Shown in pieces: positions 62,101-64,000 of a stretch of 64,000 bases of DNA (position 1 is its first letter; each line of letters opens with the position of its first letter). A program made the translations under genes and the position numbers. The stretch comes from an uncultured bacterium (lineage in GTDB: Bacteria; Verrucomicrobiota; Verrucomicrobiia; Limisphaerales; UBA8199), in assembly GCA_963749495.1 (NCBI GenBank), contig CAVVMW010000001.1, positions 640,001-704,000 on the forward strand, in the 5' to 3' direction. The notes beneath the pieces are model-generated. The model was given only the letters and a program-made list of their open reading frames with translations, made no database searches and was not told where the DNA came from.

Positions 62101-62393
62101 AAAAGCGGTGGACGGTCCTGAACCGATGGCTTCCGGCAGTCAACTCAATTGCCCCCAAGCGCGCCTGGTTGAAATGGGATTTCCTGGAGCTCGACCAAGA
62201 GCGCGCGGTCGCAGATTTCAGGAACCTTCTGCTGGATCGGCTCAAGGCCGTTGCCATTGCGGAGCCGTTGACGGGCGCTTGGGCGGCTCGGAGAGAATTC
62301 GAACTGGCTTCGGGGTTGATTGACCAGGATTTTGATGAGCCGCCCCGCGCTGTTGACCGGCGTGAATTCCCCGATCTGTTCGACGGATCATGA
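59135..62393 (+). CDS. res: Type III restriction enzyme Res subunit (frameshift near 59335, probably an assembly error), with a C-terminal extension
   Basis: MATGTGKT, INDEAHHCY, MLTEGWDA, EQVAGRALRR, YYPDFIV. Confidence 0.88.
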
Positions 62394-62473
62394 CTGCGAC
62401 ACACTTGCTCGATACGTCTGTCTATTTTGGAATGATAGATGGTCTGACGGTGGAAGACTGGTCACAACCTTGA
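62390..62473 (+). pseudogene. Internally deleted PIN (VapC-like) toxin, 27 aa
   Basis: MTATHLLDTSVY|FGMIDGLTVEDWSQP*; ATGA overlap with the res stop. Confidence 0.7.
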
Positions 62474-62479
62474 AGCGCC

Positions 62480-64000
62480 ATGAAAACGCCCAAGCCGGTA
62501 AAATCGTTCAAACACAAGGAGTCGAAGCGCGCTCACATCCCGTCCGGGGAAGAAGCGGGGTACGAGGCGGGCAGCCCGAAGGTGCAAGCGGCGCCGGACA
62601 CCAAGGAACTGCCGCTGAACCCGATCATTACGCGGGGGCAGGACCCGGAGCTGTTCTGGATGCACAAGTATGGGAGCGATGAGCGCCTGACCGCGCAACT
62701 GGATGAGCTCCAGGCCAGGTTGAAGGCGGGCGACAATCCGGGAGCGCGGACGGCGTTGGAGAATCTGCGCGAAACGATCATGCGGCGGTATCAGCAGCCG
62801 GATGATGAGAGCTTGAGTGTGGATATACGGTCCCTCTACCGCCATGAGCACATCGCGCCGGAGACGCTGATCAAGGGGCTGTATCGGATCGTGGCCCAAA
62901 AAGCGGCGGACCAGGATGAACTGTTTACGGTCAACGAACTGTTCGGCAACGCCATCGGGCACGAGGAACTGGACAAGGTCACCGATTACTACACGCATTC
63001 GGACGGCTGGACCAACCGCCTGATCCAGGGCGACAGCCTGCTGGTGATGACATCCTTGCTGGAGCGGGAGGGGATGGCCGGCCAGGTGCAATGCATCTAC
63101 ATTGATCCACCCTACGGTATCAAGTACGGGTCCAACTGGCAGATTCGGTTGAACAACCGGACGGTGAAGGACGGTGATGACGACTCGCTTTCCGGCGAAC
63201 CAGAGCAGGTGAAGGCGTTCCGAGATACGTGGGAATTCGGCGTCCACTCCTACCTCAGGTACCTGCGCGAGCGGCTGGTAGTCGCGCACGAGTTGCTCCA
63301 CGAATGCGGCTCGTGCTTCATGCAAATTTCAGACGAGAACCTCCATCTGGTCCGTAACCTGATGGATGAGGTGTTTGGGAGCGAGAATTTCGTCAGCTTG
63401 GTGAGCTTTCAAAAAACGGGTGGAGCATCTTCGAATCTGCTGCCATCGACGGTTCAACTACTTAGTGTGGTACGGAAAACACAAGGAAGCTCTTAAATTC
63501 CGCCCGCTTTACGAAAGCCGCAAAGCTGGGGATCCCAGTCTCGATCGATACGACCACATTCTGCTCGAAGATGGAGGGGCTCGTCGGCTCAAGCCTGATG
63601 AAATCGCCGGTAAGGCTGAAGTCCCCCGAGGCAAAAGGTTCCAGCTCACCAGTCTATTTTCGGATGGCGAGACCAAGACGCAGCAAGACTTTGAGTTCGG
63701 CGGAAAGGTCTATCGGCCCCGGAGCGGGACACACTGGAAAACCACCGTCGCCGGTTTGAAGCGGCTCGAAGAAGCAGGGCCGGATTGCGATAATGGGTAA
63801 TGTCCTAAGGTACCGGCGCTTCCTCGATGATTTTCCTGTAATTCCCATCACAGACCGGTGGGAGTCAATGCAGGTGGGAATTGGGCTTTCCTATGTGGTC
63901 CAGACGGCGATTCAGGTCATCCAACGTTGCATTCTCATGTCCAGCGACCCAGGCGATTTGGTCCTCGACCCGACTTGCGGTTCGGGCACGAGCGCATACG
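62480..64000 (+). CDS. mod: Type III R-M Mod subunit, amino-methyltransferase (runs off the window; frameshifts near 63460 and 63780)
   Basis: [41 protein letters not shown]. Confidence 0.9.

Overview
High-GC bacterial chromosome segment, most likely Verrucomicrobiota (Pedosphaerales-like). This is inferred from the ECF sigma/Ser-Thr kinase pair, ASPIC/FG-GAP protein, Tat-type Gfo/Idh/MocA enzymes, C-terminal sorting-like tail and repeat families. Core genes are hypFCDE, glpD, ymdB-xseA-xseB-dxs and icd. Accessory content: (i) a minimal type VII secretion-like operon (WXG100-type proteins plus a three-domain FtsK/SpoIIIE ATPase) in a presumed diderm; (ii) a Septu/PtuAB-like ATPase-HNH pair whose ATPase has a Walker B E-to-Q change, preceded by a highly structured intergenic region; (iii) about eight toxin-antitoxin loci, most with the toxin deleted internally or truncated while the antitoxin remains; (iv) a type III R-M system, an IS630 element, an orphan flagellar/chemotaxis regulatory cluster, and a kinase fused to an efflux-adaptor domain with a nearby duplicated copy of that module. 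Heptamer tandem arrays and several palindromic REP/MITE-like families are dense, some inserted in frame in genes. Many single-base frameshifts in otherwise intact genes are most likely assembly indels. No rRNA, tRNA or CRISPR array was recognised. Product calls come from motif recognition only; no database search was run.
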